Source: Planktothrix sp. GU0601_MAG3 (GTDB taxonomy: Bacteria > Cyanobacteriota > Cyanobacteriia > Cyanobacteriales > Microcoleaceae). Taken from it: a stretch of DNA of 64,000 nucleotides. Position numbers and translations under genes: made by a program. The stretch's first letter is position 1. Each line of letters starts with the position of its first letter. This document shows positions 44,930 to 58,342 of the stretch, in pieces. Location of the stretch: contig CP136572.1 of the NCBI GenBank assembly GCA_035193785.1, forward strand, positions 608,001-672,000. The letters are read 5' to 3'. The notes under the pieces were generated by a model. That model worked only from the letters and a program-made list of their open reading frames with translations. It made no database searches and was not told the DNA's origin.

Positions 44930-46079
44930 ATGGCAACCGTTCGTTTAGAAAATATTACCCGCAGGTATAATACCGCGATCGCAATTGAAGATATTAATTT
45001 AGAAATTCCCGATGGACAATTCTGGGTATTAGTCGGGCCATCGGGTTGCGGAAAATCAACGGTTTTAAGAACCATTGCCGGGTTAGAAACCGTAACCAGT
45101 GGCAATGTTTATATTGATAATTTGTTAGTTAATGATATTCCAGCGCGTAAACGAGATGTGGCAATGGTCTTTCAAAACTATGCCCTGTATCCCCATCTTA
45201 GCGTGGCGGAAAATTTAGCCTTTGGCTTAAAAATGCGGGGAGTTGATACCGTTAAAACCCAAGAAATTATTCAAAAGGTTGCCCTATCTTTATCCATTGA
45301 ACATTTATTAAATCGTAAACCCAAACAACTGTCAGGCGGCCAACAACAGCGGGTTGCATTAGGACGGGCGATCGCCCGAGAACCGAAAGTATTTCTATTA
45401 GATGAACCTTTATCTAATTTAGATGCGCAACTGCGAGATGATACCCGGGCGGAAACTCAAACAACTCCATCAGCGCTTAGGAATTACCACTATTTATGTT
45501 ACCCATGATCAAATAGAAGCGATGACCTTAGCCGATAAAATTGTAATTCTTCATCAAGGAAAAATTCAACAAATTGGTGATCCGCAAACGGTTTATTCTC
45601 GTCCTAAAAATCGAATGGTTGCCACCTTTTTAGGCAATCCCCCCATGAATATTTTACCGATTACTTATGGAAATAGTTTATTTTGGATTGCAAATCAGTC
45701 CCTAACCTGTCCCCCGGCAATTCGAGAAAAATTACAACCCCAAGAGGGTCAGCAATTCGATTTAGGAATTCGTCCCGAACACATTCAAGTAGTAAGCCCT
45801 TCAGGGCTTCTTCCCAGATCCGATAAATTTGTTGATGATCTACAAGAAGATATTTGGGCGTTTGAAAAATTACCTCTGGAGGTAGAAATTAGCGTGGTCG
45901 AACCCCTGGGACGAGAAATATTAGTTCACGCCCATATCCCCCAAACCGATCAATATTCTATTCAATTTCAAGTTCCCACTAACTATCGGATTCATCCAGG
46001 CGATCGCCTGACGGTCAAACTCGATTTTAATCAGATTTTGATTTTTGATTCCACCACGGGTCAGACTCTCTACCCCTAA
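44930..46079 (+). CDS. Sugar ABC transporter ATP-binding protein (MalK/UgpC family); apparent +1 frameshift at 45452-45456
   Basis: [26 protein letters not shown], restored [23 protein letters not shown]. Confidence 0.9.
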
Positions 46080-46489
46080 ACTATTTGTGGGGTGCGTAGG
46101 GCGAAATTGCACGCACCACTAAACCTTTAATTTTGTATCTAAATGAACTGAAATTCTTGACAGATTATGGTTTTCGGATTACTCTAAAAATAGGCTTCTT
46201 AGCAGCAAGAAAAAACTCGAAAGTGATCCGCGATTCTGGCAATTTAAACCCAAAAATGAGTAAAGAAAGTTTAACTAATATTGACTTTTATTAAATTAGT
46301 GAAAATTTTTAAACTCTGAATAAAAAATATTTTATTTTCCTGATTCTGAATCATAATTAAAAATAAATCTTTAGTTTATACGAGCCGTAGGGTGTCCGGT
46401 GGGGGGATTGAAATTGTGAACCATTGGGTTGTTTCGTCCTCATCCTTTGCCCTACAGATCAGGAAAATTCCCCATCACCCCAAACCAAT

Positions 46490-47525
46490 ATGATGCTTTT
46501 AAATCAATTTGATCTTAAGCAAAATGAGTCTGGAATTAGGAGTCAGTACGATATTTTTCCGATTAGTTACTCGACCTTAGATGTCAGAGCATTAATCACT
46601 CAAATTTTAAATCACTATCCGATTGATACCGTTGAAAAATGCAAATTTTGGCATCGAGGATTAAGTGATGTTTATTCCGTAAAAACTCAAAAAACGCGCT
46701 ATTTTTTGAGAATTTCCCATCGACATTGGCGTTGTCAAGATGAAATTAATTTTGAAGTAGAATTGCTAGATTTTTTATATCAACATCAACTGCCCGTTGC
46801 CTATCCGATCAGGACAACAGATGGACAATTATTTCTGGAAATTAATGCTCCTGAAGGAAAACGATATGCGGTGTTATTTGTCAAGGCTCCGGGTCAAATT
46901 GCCCTCGGAGATTTGAATGTTAGCCAAAGTTTAAAGTTGGGTGAAACCGTTGCTAAAATTCATCAAGTTTCCTTGAATTTTAAACCCCCTGTTCAACGTC
47001 AATCTTTAACCTTAGATTATTTATTAGAGAGTTCCTTAGTGGCGATCGCACCCTATTTAAAAAATCGACCCCAGGATTTAAACTATTTAGTAGAAGTTGT
47101 GTTTCAACTGAAAACTCAATTACAAAACTTACCTAAAATTCCTCCCCTATGGGGAATTTGTTGGGGTGATCCCCATAGTGGAAATGCCCATTTCACCACC
47201 GATGATCAAATTACCCTCTTTGACTTTGATCAATGTGGATATGGGTGGCGCTCTTTTGATATTGCTAAGTTTTTACAAGTGTCCTTGCAGTCGGGACTAA
47301 GTAAAAAAGTTCGTGAGGCTTTTATACTCGGTTATGAAGAAATTAACCCCTTAATAGAAACTAGAAAAAAGCCTGATTCAAGAGTTAACCCAAACAGCCC
47401 ATATCTGGGCTTGGGCGATTAGTATTATTAACGCGGAGCAGTTTAATTATAGCCGTTTAGATTCCTGCTATTTTACTCGATATTTAGAACAGTTGAAACG
47501 CTTACATTCTCCAGACTGGCAATAA
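46490..47525 (+). CDS. Aminoglycoside phosphotransferase / type II homoserine kinase-like protein; apparent +1 frameshift at 47357-47361
   Basis: CWGDPHSGN, LFDFDQCG, FDIAKF; start uncertain. Confidence 0.8.
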
Positions 47526-47678
47526 AATTAGCTGACCATGTTCCTAAAATATCTAATTTTGATGCCACATCTCCTAAACGGAATTATCCTAAACCCAGTT
47601 CCGTTGCGGGCAAAGAATCAGAATACTTAGCATGAATTTGAGATGGTTTTGCATAAAACTAAATCCTATAAATTGTAC

Positions 47679-49570
47679 TTAAAATATGATTTTAGCTGCT
47701 TCTTTTATTCTAACAATCGGTTCAACGGAACGGGAAAGATTAGGCAAAATAATTAAAGTTTGATCGGGAAATTGATCCGTTACTAATTCCTGTCCCATTT
47801 GAAAGCGATTCTGAATAATATAGCGTTGACTAATGCCCTTTTCTTTTAAAGATTCCGTTAACCTTTTTGCTTCTGCTATAATCGCAACTTGTCCTTGAAT
47901 CACGCCAATAAATTCAGTATAATTAGGATCTTGCAATTTTTTCTGAGCTTTAACAACCCGTTGGCGTAAATTCCTTAAACGTCCCATAAATTCAGTTCTT
48001 CCTAACACATTCTGATATTTAATCCACAGTTTAAAAATCCATGCCAACCATTCACTCATCGCCGTTGGCATTTCTAAAAACCGTAATAAATGACCCGTAG
48101 GAGCCGTATCTAAAATAATTAAATCCAGTTCATTACTCTCCAATAAATCCATCACTTCTACTAAAGATAACATTTCATCAATTCCGGGTAAAGATTGGGA
48201 CACAATTCGCCGCCAAGCCTCCGGGCCATAAGCTAGTTTTAACATAGCGTTGGGATCATCTTTCTCTCCACTCATCATTTCTGCTAGTTCCCAAAGATAG
48301 TCCTCTCGAAACTGATTTAAAACCTGATCAGCATCTATTTCTTGACCGAATAAATTAGGCATAATTGCCATGGGTTCATGGCTTAATTTTAACCCAAAAG
48401 CATCTCCTAAAGAATGGGCAGGATCAATAGAAACCATCTGAATTTTTTTCTCGGAATATCGTTGAGCGATTTCCCAACCCACAGCAGCGGCAACAGTTGT
48501 TTTACCGACACCTCCTTTACCACCGACAATAATTAACCGTCTATTTTCCGCGATAAAATCACTTAATTTGGCTAGGGGGGTAGAAAATTCTAAGGGTTGA
48601 GAATAAACAAAAGTTTGTTCCTCTAAATCTGCCGATATTATTAAAGGTTTGAGTTGAAAAAATAGGGTTTCTAGGGCTATAGTTCCCAAGGGTTTTCTGT
48701 TGCAAGTTCGGGAATTGTAAAAATAGGATGATTTCCTGAAATATCCTGAAATTGTTTAAGAAGTTTCTGCTGTTCCTGATAGCGATCTAAATTTTTAGTT
48801 GGGGAAACAATATGATTAATTAATAAACCACCAACGGGAATATTTAAACCTTGGAGAGCCTCTAAAAAACGTTGGGTTTCTAGCCAACTCATGGGTTCGG
48901 GAATAGCCACCACAAAACAGGCGGTTTTTTCCTGATCTTGAAGTCGAGATCTTCCAGAAGCAAGTTCTTCCTGCATTTCCTCTAAAAAAACATCCGCTTG
49001 ATCCGATTGGTAACGGCCGGTAAAAGATTGACTAATGGTGCGGTGTTTTTCTTGAAATAAGGTTAGGGATGCTAATAAATTATCTAAAAAATCCATTAAT
49101 TCTAAAAGGTTTAACGCATGACCACTGGGAGCCATATCCACCACAACTCGATCCACAACTTGGTCATTAAATAACCGTTGAATTTCTAATAATCCCATCA
49201 ATTCATCAATTCCCGGCCAGTCTAAATCCCAAACTGGAGTTAAATCTTCCCCTTCGACAAAACTCCCCCGTTCTACTAACAATTCTAAAACCGTACCATA
49301 GCGATTTTTAAACGCCGTTAATAATTTTTCCGATTCTATAGCCCGAACTTTTAAATTAGGGAAATTTTCAATAACTTCTGCCTGATCAGTCACGGGAATT
49401 TGCAAAACATCTGCCAAGGAATGGGCGGGATCAGTGGAAATAAGTAAAACTTGTTCATTGGGAAATTGTTTCGCCCACTTGAGGGCAAACCCACAGGAAA
49501 GGGTGGTCTTTCCCACACCTCCTTTTCCACTCAATAAAGCTAGACTAAGAGTATTAGAATTAAACATCAA
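47679..49570 (-). CDS. ArsA/Get3-family double-domain ATPase; apparent +2 frameshift at 48692-48697
   Basis: Two GKGGVGKTT motifs, S(T/I)DPAHSL twice, DMAPSGH and DTAPTGH; restored linker TEPLGTIAL. Confidence 0.9.
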
Positions 49571-50055
49571 ATTTGTGATAAATTAACCGGAGTTTGCTAT
49601 ACTTATAATGTAGCCCTATACCAAAAGCCCCAAACCCATCGACCTAAACAGATTTAAGCCTTGAAACCCTTGGAATAGAATGGATCAGTTGATTTCAAAT
49701 CTTCAGCCCTTGTGTCAGTTACCAAAGTGTTATAGCCCTTGTAGAAAGTCCCGCCCCCGATCTCCGATGGTCACAGGTTGAACGGTTGATCAGACAGACT
49801 AGACACTTGAGGCTCCCCCAACCATCTTAATCTCAAACCCTTTGAAATCAACTGAGAATTAAACTGTCACACCAACCAAGCATAAGGTCGTCGTAGATTT
49901 TAGATAATTAATAGAGTCACCAACGGGTTTCCAACCCCGGGGAACATACTGAATCAATGGATGAGTCTAAATAGGCAGTCAGAATTCAGTACCCCGCCTT
50001 TCCCTAGATCAAGCCGTCCATCACTAACCTAGAAATCAATTAGGAGCTAAATACT

Positions 50056-50313
50056 ATGTTGACCAACCCGAGAAAAAAATACACTTTGATCCTGGCATTA
50101 TCCTTAGCGGGCGTACTCAATGCTACCCCCGGTTTTGCCAATTCACAGGGGATAAGTTCTAATCCCTTGAGAGTTGAACCCTTGACTTCTGGTTCAATGC
50201 AGCCCCATACCCCCAATCACAAATCTATCTTGACTCACCCAGAACAAAGACGCACTTCTGAATGTTATGACAATGGTTTATGCTACAGAACCGAACAAAT
50301 TACACCAGAATAG
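50056..50313 (+). CDS. Small secreted protein, unknown function
   Basis: AGGAG RBS; basic N-terminus, hydrophobic core and GFA cleavage-like site; C-terminal CYDNGLC. Confidence 0.65.
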   Translation: MLTNPRKKYTLILALSLAGVLNATPGFANSQGISSNPLRVEPLTSGSMQPHTPNHKSILTHPEQRRTSECYDNGLCYRTEQITPE

Positions 50314-50377
50314 GGTATGGCTTTGAGTTATGATGGGGAATTAAGGTTAAACAGCCGATTTCAAGATCAACCGTCGG

Positions 50378-53300
50378 ATGATCGCCCCGTCAAGGAGATT
50401 CATAAAAATGGCACTTTACCGCGTAAACGATACAATCAGCCATAATCATCAGCAAATTCATACCTTGGCCAGAGCAATAACGAAAATGCAGGGCAGTTTT
50501 TCGCTTTTGCTGTTGCGGTGTAATTATGAAAGTTTGCGGGAAAAAATGGTCGCCGAACTCAAACAAGAATGTTCCCTGACCTTCACAGAACTTAAGTTAG
50601 CTCCTGGGAGTCAAACCCTATATGGTTCAATTAAAGCCGAACTAGAGCCTAATTATCCCTCGGTTTTAATGGTTTATGGTTTAGAATCCGTTGTGGCGAT
50701 TGATGAACTCCTACACTCGGCTAATTTAGTTAGGGAGGCTTTTCGTAATTTTCCCTTTCCTTTGGTTTTATGGATTAATGATAAATTATGGAAAAAACTC
50801 AATCGTAATGCTCCCGATTTTACCAGTTGGGCAACAACCTATGAGTTTTTACTCAGTTCTGATGAATTAATTGAATTTTTAGAGGAAAAAGTTTCATCGG
50901 TTTTTACAACGGTTTTAGAAGCAGGTTCAGAACGATTTTTACCCACAACTAATATTTTAGGCCCAGAATCAGGAACCGAACTGCAAGCGGCCTATCAAGA
51001 TTTAAAAAGTCGAGAAGTTCCCATTGATCCGGTTTTAGAAGCGAAGTTAAAATGGGTTTATGGTCGCCATTTTTATGTGAATCAACAGGTAACTCTGGCG
51101 TTACAACAATATCAACAGGCTTTAAGATTTTGGCAACAACAATCACCACCGAACTCGGAAATTTCAGGTGTGAGTGGAAGTTCAGCGAGTTGCAAAGATA
51201 GTTCTAATTCTTTGTTATGGGAAGGATTAATATTATTTCATATTGGTTTGTGTTGGTGTTATTTAGCAGAACAACATCGTCACTCGAATAGTGAACGGGA
51301 ATGGAAACAAGCGGGTATGGCGTTTGGGCAGGCCATAGAAAGGTTTGAACTCGCCCAACGTCAAGATTTAGTGGCGAAGTTTCTCAATAAAATTGGAGAG
51401 GTTTTTATCCATTTAAAAGACTGGAAAAGTCTACGAGAATTAGCTTTAAAAGGTCGCAAATTACATCAGGAATTAGGGAATACTTTTCTGATTCCACTAG
51501 CTCAGGATTATGGATTTTTGGCGAATGTAGCTCTACAGGATCGGGACTGGCAAAATGCTAAGGAATTGGCTAATGTTGCCCGGGAAACTCTGATTTTAGT
51601 AGCCAAGGAAAATCCCGATAATCCCTGGATTGATCAATTAGAGAGTTTTTTCCTGTATTTGTTAGCCCAGGCCTTAGAAAAACAGGGATTGAAAAAGGAA
51701 GCAATTGAAAAATTAGAACGGGCAGCGGAGACGATTAAGAAGACCCTTTTAACCGTCAATTTGATTTGGTTATATTTGCAAATTTTGCAGATGTTAAACC
51801 GCCTTTATTTTGAATTGAAAGATTATCAAGAAGCCTTTAAAATTAAAGAAGAATATCGCAATCAATCGAGTGCCTACGGGTATAATGCCTTTGTGGGAGC
51901 CGGACGATTACAACCTCGCAAACAAGCTCTGACTTCTACTTTAGATCCAAGTGAAATTACCGCCAATTTTACCGATGAAATTACCGCTTCAGGACGGGAA
52001 GAAGCGATTAAACATCTGTTACAAAGAATGGCGAGTAGTCATCATAAATTAACGGTGATTTATGGTCAATCTGGGGTAGGAAAAAGCTCAATTTTAGGGG
52101 CTGGATTAGTTCCCGCCTTGCAACAAAAAATTATTGATGCGCGGATTAGCTTTCCGATTGTTATTAAAACCTATAATTGTTTTATCGTTGAGTTAGAACA
52201 AAAACTGATCGCGGATTTAGATGGATTGCACGGATTTCACGGATTATCTGTGCAATCTGCGGAGTCTCTGCAAATCGGGGTGAAAAATTTAGATGGTGAT
52301 TTGTATGCGGAAACTCACCGAAGAACCGGAAAATCAAGATTATACTGAGATTTTAGTCAGGGTAATTGAACAACTTAAGGAAAACGCTAGACAAAATTTA
52401 TTGACGGTTTTAATTTTTGATCAATTTGAAGAATTATTTTTTGTTCAGTCCCTAAGATTACAAAGGCTATTTTTTGAGTTTTTACAAGATGCCTTAAATT
52501 TACCCTTTGTAAAAATTGTTATTTCGTTGCGAGAAGATTACCTACACTATTTATTGGAAGGAACCCGTCAGGTTGATTTAGAAGCCATTAATAATGATAT
52601 TTTAAGTAAAGATATTATATTTTATTTAGGCAATTTTAGCAAAAAAGAAGCCTATAATGTGATCAAGAGTTTGACCGATCGTGTCCATTTTTATTTAGAA
52701 GATACCTTAATTCAAGCATTAGTTAAGGATTTGGCAGGAGAAGCTGGAGAAGTTCGTCCTATTGAATTACAAGTGGTCGGGACTCAATTACAAGCCGAGA
52801 ATATTACTACTTTAGAAAAATATCAAAAACAGGGCCCTAAACAAAAGTTAGTCGAACGGTTTTTAGAAGAAGTTATAGGGGATTGTGGCCCAGAAAACGA
52901 TGCCACGGCGCGGGTGGTTTTATATGCGTTAACCGATGAAAATGATACTCGCCCTTTAAAAACACGCCTGGAATTAGCCGAGGAGTTAAAACAAAAACTA
53001 CATCGAGAGCAGGTTCTCGGCCCGTTAGATATTATTCTTTATATTTTAGAAAAGTCTGGGTTAGTCTATCGAGATATTGGAGCTACGGGAGAATTTTATC
53101 AATTAGTACATGATTATTTGGCGGGATTTATTCGCCGACAAAATAGAAACGAACAGGAAGAAGTTATCACGAAACTGCAAAAGGAAAAAGCCCAACTGAT
53201 TCGAGAAAAAGAAATAGGCAAAAAACTCTCAGAGGAACAGGAAAAACGCCACCAAGCCGAAGCAAAAAACCGTCGTTTAGAACGATTAATGGGATTGATT

Positions 53301-55552
53301 CTGGGGACGGTTGTAATTGGTTTTGCTACGACCCTTTATATCAATGGGCAGAATGAAATTAAAGCTAGAGTCCAAGCCTTAACTTCCGCTAAAAATGCCC
53401 TTTTATTAGCGGATCAACAAGATCAATTAGGGGTATTAAAAACCACCGTGCAGATTGGTCAAAATACCTTAAAAACTAAAGCTCCAGAGGCAACAAAAAC
53501 GGAAATTTCCCAGGGATTAATGCAGATGATTTCTGGGATTCAAGAAAAAAATCGATTAGAAGGGCATACAGGAAGCATTTTAGGAGTTAGCTTTAGTCCC
53601 GATGGTCAGCAGATTGCCACGGCTAGTATACCGATCGGACGCTCAAAATTTGGAGCATTCAGGGTAAATTATTAACTGAATCTTCCCAATTTTCCCACGA
53701 AAGTCCGATTACCAGGGTTCGTTATAGTCCCGATGGAAAAATTATTGCCACCGCTACGGCCAGTGTCATTAACCAGGATCAAAATCAAGTATTATTATGG
53801 ACAGCAATGGGGACTCCTTTACAGCAGTTTCCCATGAGACATCTAGCCGTGATTAATAGTATTAGTTTTAGTCCCGATGGCAAGAAAATACTCACTTCGA
53901 GTAATGATAAAACAATTAAGTTATGGGGTTTAGACGGAAAATTAATTCGTGAATTTCAAGGTCATACGGATCGGATTTTTGATACGGAATTAAGTCCCGA
54001 TGGTAAAACAATTGCCAGTTGTAGTAAAGATGGAGAAATTAAAATTTGGTCGCTTGATGGTCAACTAATTCGCACAATTAAAGCCCATAATCAACCCGTT
54101 TATGATCTCGATTTTAGTCCCGATGGCAAACAAATTGTTTCCGCCAGTGGCGATCGCACCCTCAAACTTTGGGATGCGGAAACAGGTCGGGAAATTAAAA
54201 CCCCGATCAAGGGTCATAACGATGATATTTTAACGGTCAATTTTAGTCCCGATGGTCAATTTTTACTCAGTGGTAGTCGCGATCGCACCGTAAAACTCTG
54301 GAATTTAAACGGGGTATTACTCAAAACCTTTATCGGACATCGAGACAGTATTTGGGGTGTGGAATTTAGTCCCGATGGTCAAACCCTAGTGTCCGTCAGT
54401 GCCGATACGACCGCCCGCATCTGGGATCGGAGTCGAGATCCCTTAAATACGACCTTACAGGGTCATACAGAAGGGGTGTTGAGTGTGGGTTTTAGTCCCG
54501 ATGGTCAAAGTTTAGCCAGTGCGAGTGAAGATAAAACCGTGAAATTATGGGACGCCACCAAACCTCTGCAATATACTTCACAGCCTGCCCCGATTTTGCC
54601 CCATCCTAGTAAAGTCAACTGGGTGAGTTTCAGTCCGAATGGTCAAGAAATTGCCACCGCCAGTGAGGATAAAATCGTGCGACTCTGGACAAAAAAAGGT
54701 CAGTTGTTGCAAGCACTTTCCGGTCATACTCAAGCAATTAAGGCTGTGACATTTAGCCCCGACGGTCAAACTTTAGCCAGTGGGAGTGAAGATAAAACCG
54801 TTAAACTTTGGGACAAACAAGGAAAATTGATGGCTACTTTACCTCATCAAGATGCCGTCTGGGATGTCCGTTTTAGTCCCGATGGTAATACCTTGGCCAC
54901 ATCTGCAAGTTTTTTTGAAAGTCCCATCAAGCCTCCTAGTAACGGCATTACCCTCTGGACAAAAAAAGGCAAACAATGGCAACCGACCTTAGAATTACCT
55001 GCGAAAAATCTCGTGGCGACCTTAGCTTTTTTGGGCAATTCTGAACAAATCGCCGTGGCTGAAGATGATGTGGTCAGGCTTTGGAAGCTTCCAGGGAAAA
55101 AACCCCTCGCCTCTTGTCCTCTGGGACATAATGCTCAGGTGCAAAGTTTAAGTTATGATTCCCACCGAGCAATTTTAGCAACAGCTAGTGATGATAAAAA
55201 AGTCAGACTATGGCAAATTAATGACGATCTTTGGGACACATCGGCTTGTGATCAGATTCAACCTTTAATTGTTTTACAACAGAATGATTTTGTGAATAGT
55301 ATTAGTTTTAGTCCTGAAAACACCGGAATTCTGGCTATTGGTAAGGATAATGGCACCACGATTCTCTGGAGTTTAGGGAATTTAGACTTAAAAACTCAGA
55401 TGCGAAAAAGTTGTAACTGGCTTCAGGACTACCTCACCACCAACCCAACCCAATTACAGGGACACGACCGGAATTTATGCGATTATCCCGTAGAAGCAGG
55501 TTTTTCAAGATTTGATCAGATTTACAGATCAGCCAAAAAACCTGCCCTATAG
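50378..55552 (+). CDS. Large TPR - P-loop NTPase (STAND-like) - TM - WD40 repeat protein, about 1720 aa; apparent frameshifts at 52310-52314 (+1) and 53626-53631 (+2)
   Basis: TPR-like helices; Walker A YGQSGVGKSS; Walker B LIFDQFEE; SLREDYL; YQLVHDYL; one hydrophobic helix; many GH...FSPDG...W repeats. Confidence 0.85.
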
Positions 55553-55581
55553 TACATTCTAAATAATTTATAGTTATTACC

Positions 55582-56047
55582 ATGAATTCTAAAACGGTTT
55601 CACAATACGAACAGGATTTTTATGGCTGGACACAGTGGCAAGTAAGGGTATTAGCCAACAGACAAGTATCAGAATTAGATTGGCAAAACTTACAGGAGGA
55701 GTTACAAGCCTTGGGGAGACAGGAATACCGAGAATTAGTCAGTCGTCTTAGTGTCTTGTTAGGGCATCTCCTCAAGTGGCAATATCAACCAGAAAACCGT
55801 TTCTCGCAGTTGGTTTCTGACCATCAGAGAACAACGCCGTGCCATTATTCGCCATTTTTATCGTAATCCTAGCTTAAAGTCTCGCATAATTGACGCTTTA
55901 GAAGATGGCTTTGAAGCGGGAGTTGATTTGGCGCTACGGGAAACAAACTTGCCATTGAGAACTTTTCCAGAACAATGTCCATACAATTTTGAGGAAGTTA
56001 TCGCAGATAGTTTTATCTGCGATACTAGCCAAGATTGGGAATATTGA
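55582..56047 (+). CDS. DUF29 family protein; apparent +1 frameshift at 55799-55803
   Basis: YEQDFYGW, LDWQNLQEEL, HLLKWQYQP, restored RSRSWFLTIREQR, NPSLK, FPEQCPY. Confidence 0.9.
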
Positions 56048-56136
56048 GTACCGAGAGTGCCTTGAGAATTAAGTTTCACATCAGGAATATGTTATAAACC
56101 AAACTCTTTGGCGGTTGCTGTCACAATATATCCTCC

Positions 56137-58342
56137 CTAATCTTCCATTGTTTCTGCTAGAACTTTTGCTAATAATTTAACTATTGCTGCATTATCGGAT
56201 TTGGATTTTTTACTAACAGTAATTTCCGGTTGGTATTGAACTTGAGTTAATTGAGTTTTAGCTTGTTGTAGTTCGGTTTGCAGTTTGGTGATTTCTTCTT
56301 TCTGTTGATGAAACTGGGAAACATATTGTTCTAACTCGACCTGCACTTCGTCTAGTTGAAATTGAGTTAATTCTAATTCTTCTCGAACTTCATGCAGTTC
56401 TGAACGGGACTGGTCAAATTCTTTTCGCGTTTGTTGGAGTTGGGTTTGAGATTGTTCTAATTGAGATTGAGATTGTTGGAGAGCAGTTTGAGTTTGTTCT
56501 AACTTTGCTGATATTTGATCCCGTTGAGATTCTAACTCAACTAAATTTTCTGCATTTGCGTGCAGTTTAACTTGAGATTGTTCTAGGTCGGTTTGGGTTT
56601 GTTGGAGTTGGGTTTGTAATTGTTCCTGTTGAGATTGAGATTGTTGGAGAGCAGTTTGAGATTGTTCCAATTCTGCTAATATTTGATCCCGTTCAGATTC
56701 TAACTCAACTAAATTTTCTGCATTTGCGTGCAGTTTAACTTGAGATTGTTCTAGGTTGGTTTGGGTTTGTTGGAGTTGGGTTTGTAATTGTTCCTGTTGA
56801 GATTGAGATTGTTGGAGAGCAGTTTGAGATTGTTCCAATTCTGCTAATATTTGATCCCGTTGAGATTCTAACTCAACTAAATTTGCTGCATTTGCGTGCA
56901 GTTTAACTTGAGATTGTTTCTAGGTCGGTTTGGGTTTGTTGGAGTTGGGTTTGTAATTGTTCCTGTTGAGATTGAGATTGTTGGAGAGCAGTTTGAGATT
57001 GTTCTAACTTTGCTAATATTTGATCCCGTTCAGATTCTAACTCAACTAAATTTGCTGTACCTGCTTCTAGTTTAACTTGAGATTGTTCTAGGTCGGTTTG
57101 GGTTTGTTGGAGTTGGGTTTGTAATTGTTCTTGTTGAGATTGAGATTGTTGGAGAGCAGTTTGAGATTGTTCCAATTCTGCTAATATTTGATCCCGTTCA
57201 GATTCTAACTCAACTAAATTTGCTGCATTTGCGTGCAGTTTAACTTGAGATTGTTCTAGGTTGGTTTGGGTTTGTTGGAGTTGGGTTTGTAATTGTTCCT
57301 GTTGAGATTGAGATTGTTGGAGAGCAGTTTGAGATTGTTCTAACTTTGCTAATATTTGATCCCGTTCAGATTCTAACTCAACTAAATTTGCTGTACCTGC
57401 TTCTAGTTTAACTTGAGATTGTTCTAGGTCGGTTTGGGTTTGTTGGAGTTGGGTTTGTAATTGTTCCTGTTGAGATTGAGATTGTTGGAGAGCAGTTTGA
57501 GATTGTTCTAACTTTGCTAATATTTGATCCCGTTCAGATTCTAACTCAACTAAATTTGCTGTACCTGCTTCTAGTTTAACTCGAGATTGTTCTAGGGTTA
57601 ACAAAACCTCTTGGTACTGGGACTGTAAAGTTTCTAACTCCTGTTGGGTTTCCAGAAGTTGTTTAGAAATTGGGGATAGGGGTTTAACCGGATGAATTCC
57701 ATCCTCAGTCCTAACAGTTTGACGCACATAAAATGCCTCTCCCCAAGCGGGATGGTAAGGGGTTTCCTCTGCAACACAGTCAAATTGATAGTCGGTGAGA
57801 AACTGATTAACTTCTCCCGCTAATGCACCGCCTTCAAATAGTTCTTGATAGTGAACATTGGTGTAAATAGCATCTAGGTTATTCAGAAGTTGGGTAGCAC
57901 CTTCCAAGGCCAAAAGTTCAGCACCTTGGATATCGAGAATCAGAATATTAAAGTCACTAGGAGAGAGGTTCAATTCTTCAAGCAGAGTATCCAGAGTGCG
58001 CGAGGAAAGGGTGAGTTGTTGATTTTCTTTAATATTGGGGTAAATTTCGCTGTACTGTTTCCAGGGCAAGATAGAACTGCTAGACTCCAGGGAGGTTAGG
58101 TATAGGGTAACAGTATCGTTGTGGTTGGCAATAGCAGCCTGAACTACTTGAATATTGGGACTATCGGCAAAATTCTGTTGCAGTCGTTCAACGGCGCCTT
58201 GGTTGGCGTCAATAAGTAGGGTTTTAACCGTATTGGGGAGGTTGAGGCGTTTGAGGGTTTTGCCATCGTAAGCACCAACCAAGATAATGCCGCGTGGGGT
58301 GATGTTGTGGTGTTGGCAGAGGTCGGGAAAGTTGAGTTTCAT
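56137..58342 (-). CDS. FkbM-family methyltransferase with long repetitive coiled-coil tail; apparent +1 frameshift at 56916-56920
   Basis: ILVGAYDG, RTLDTLL, ILDIQGAELLALEGA, WGEAFYVR; Gln-rich heptads follow. Confidence 0.85.
56470..57590 (-). repeat. 168-bp (56-aa, 8-heptad) coding tandem repeat, about 7 copies
   Basis: CTAACTCAACTAAA anchor at 57541, 57373, 57205, 57037, 56868, 56700, 56532; spacing 168 except one 169. Confidence 0.95.

Noticed and set aside
48667..48671. GTTTC at 48667 as another GAAC-type error
   Set aside because: It reads in frame (LETL) once the +2 error at 48692-48697 is corrected, so it is genuine sequence
47679..49570. Arsenic-resistance operon
   Set aside because: No arsB, arsC, arsR or arsD neighbours; better described as a generic ArsA/Get3-family ATPase
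49600..49900. Intergenic region loosely resembling a CRISPR leader or transposon end
   Set aside because: No adjacent repeat-spacer array, terminal inverted repeats or target duplication could be identified
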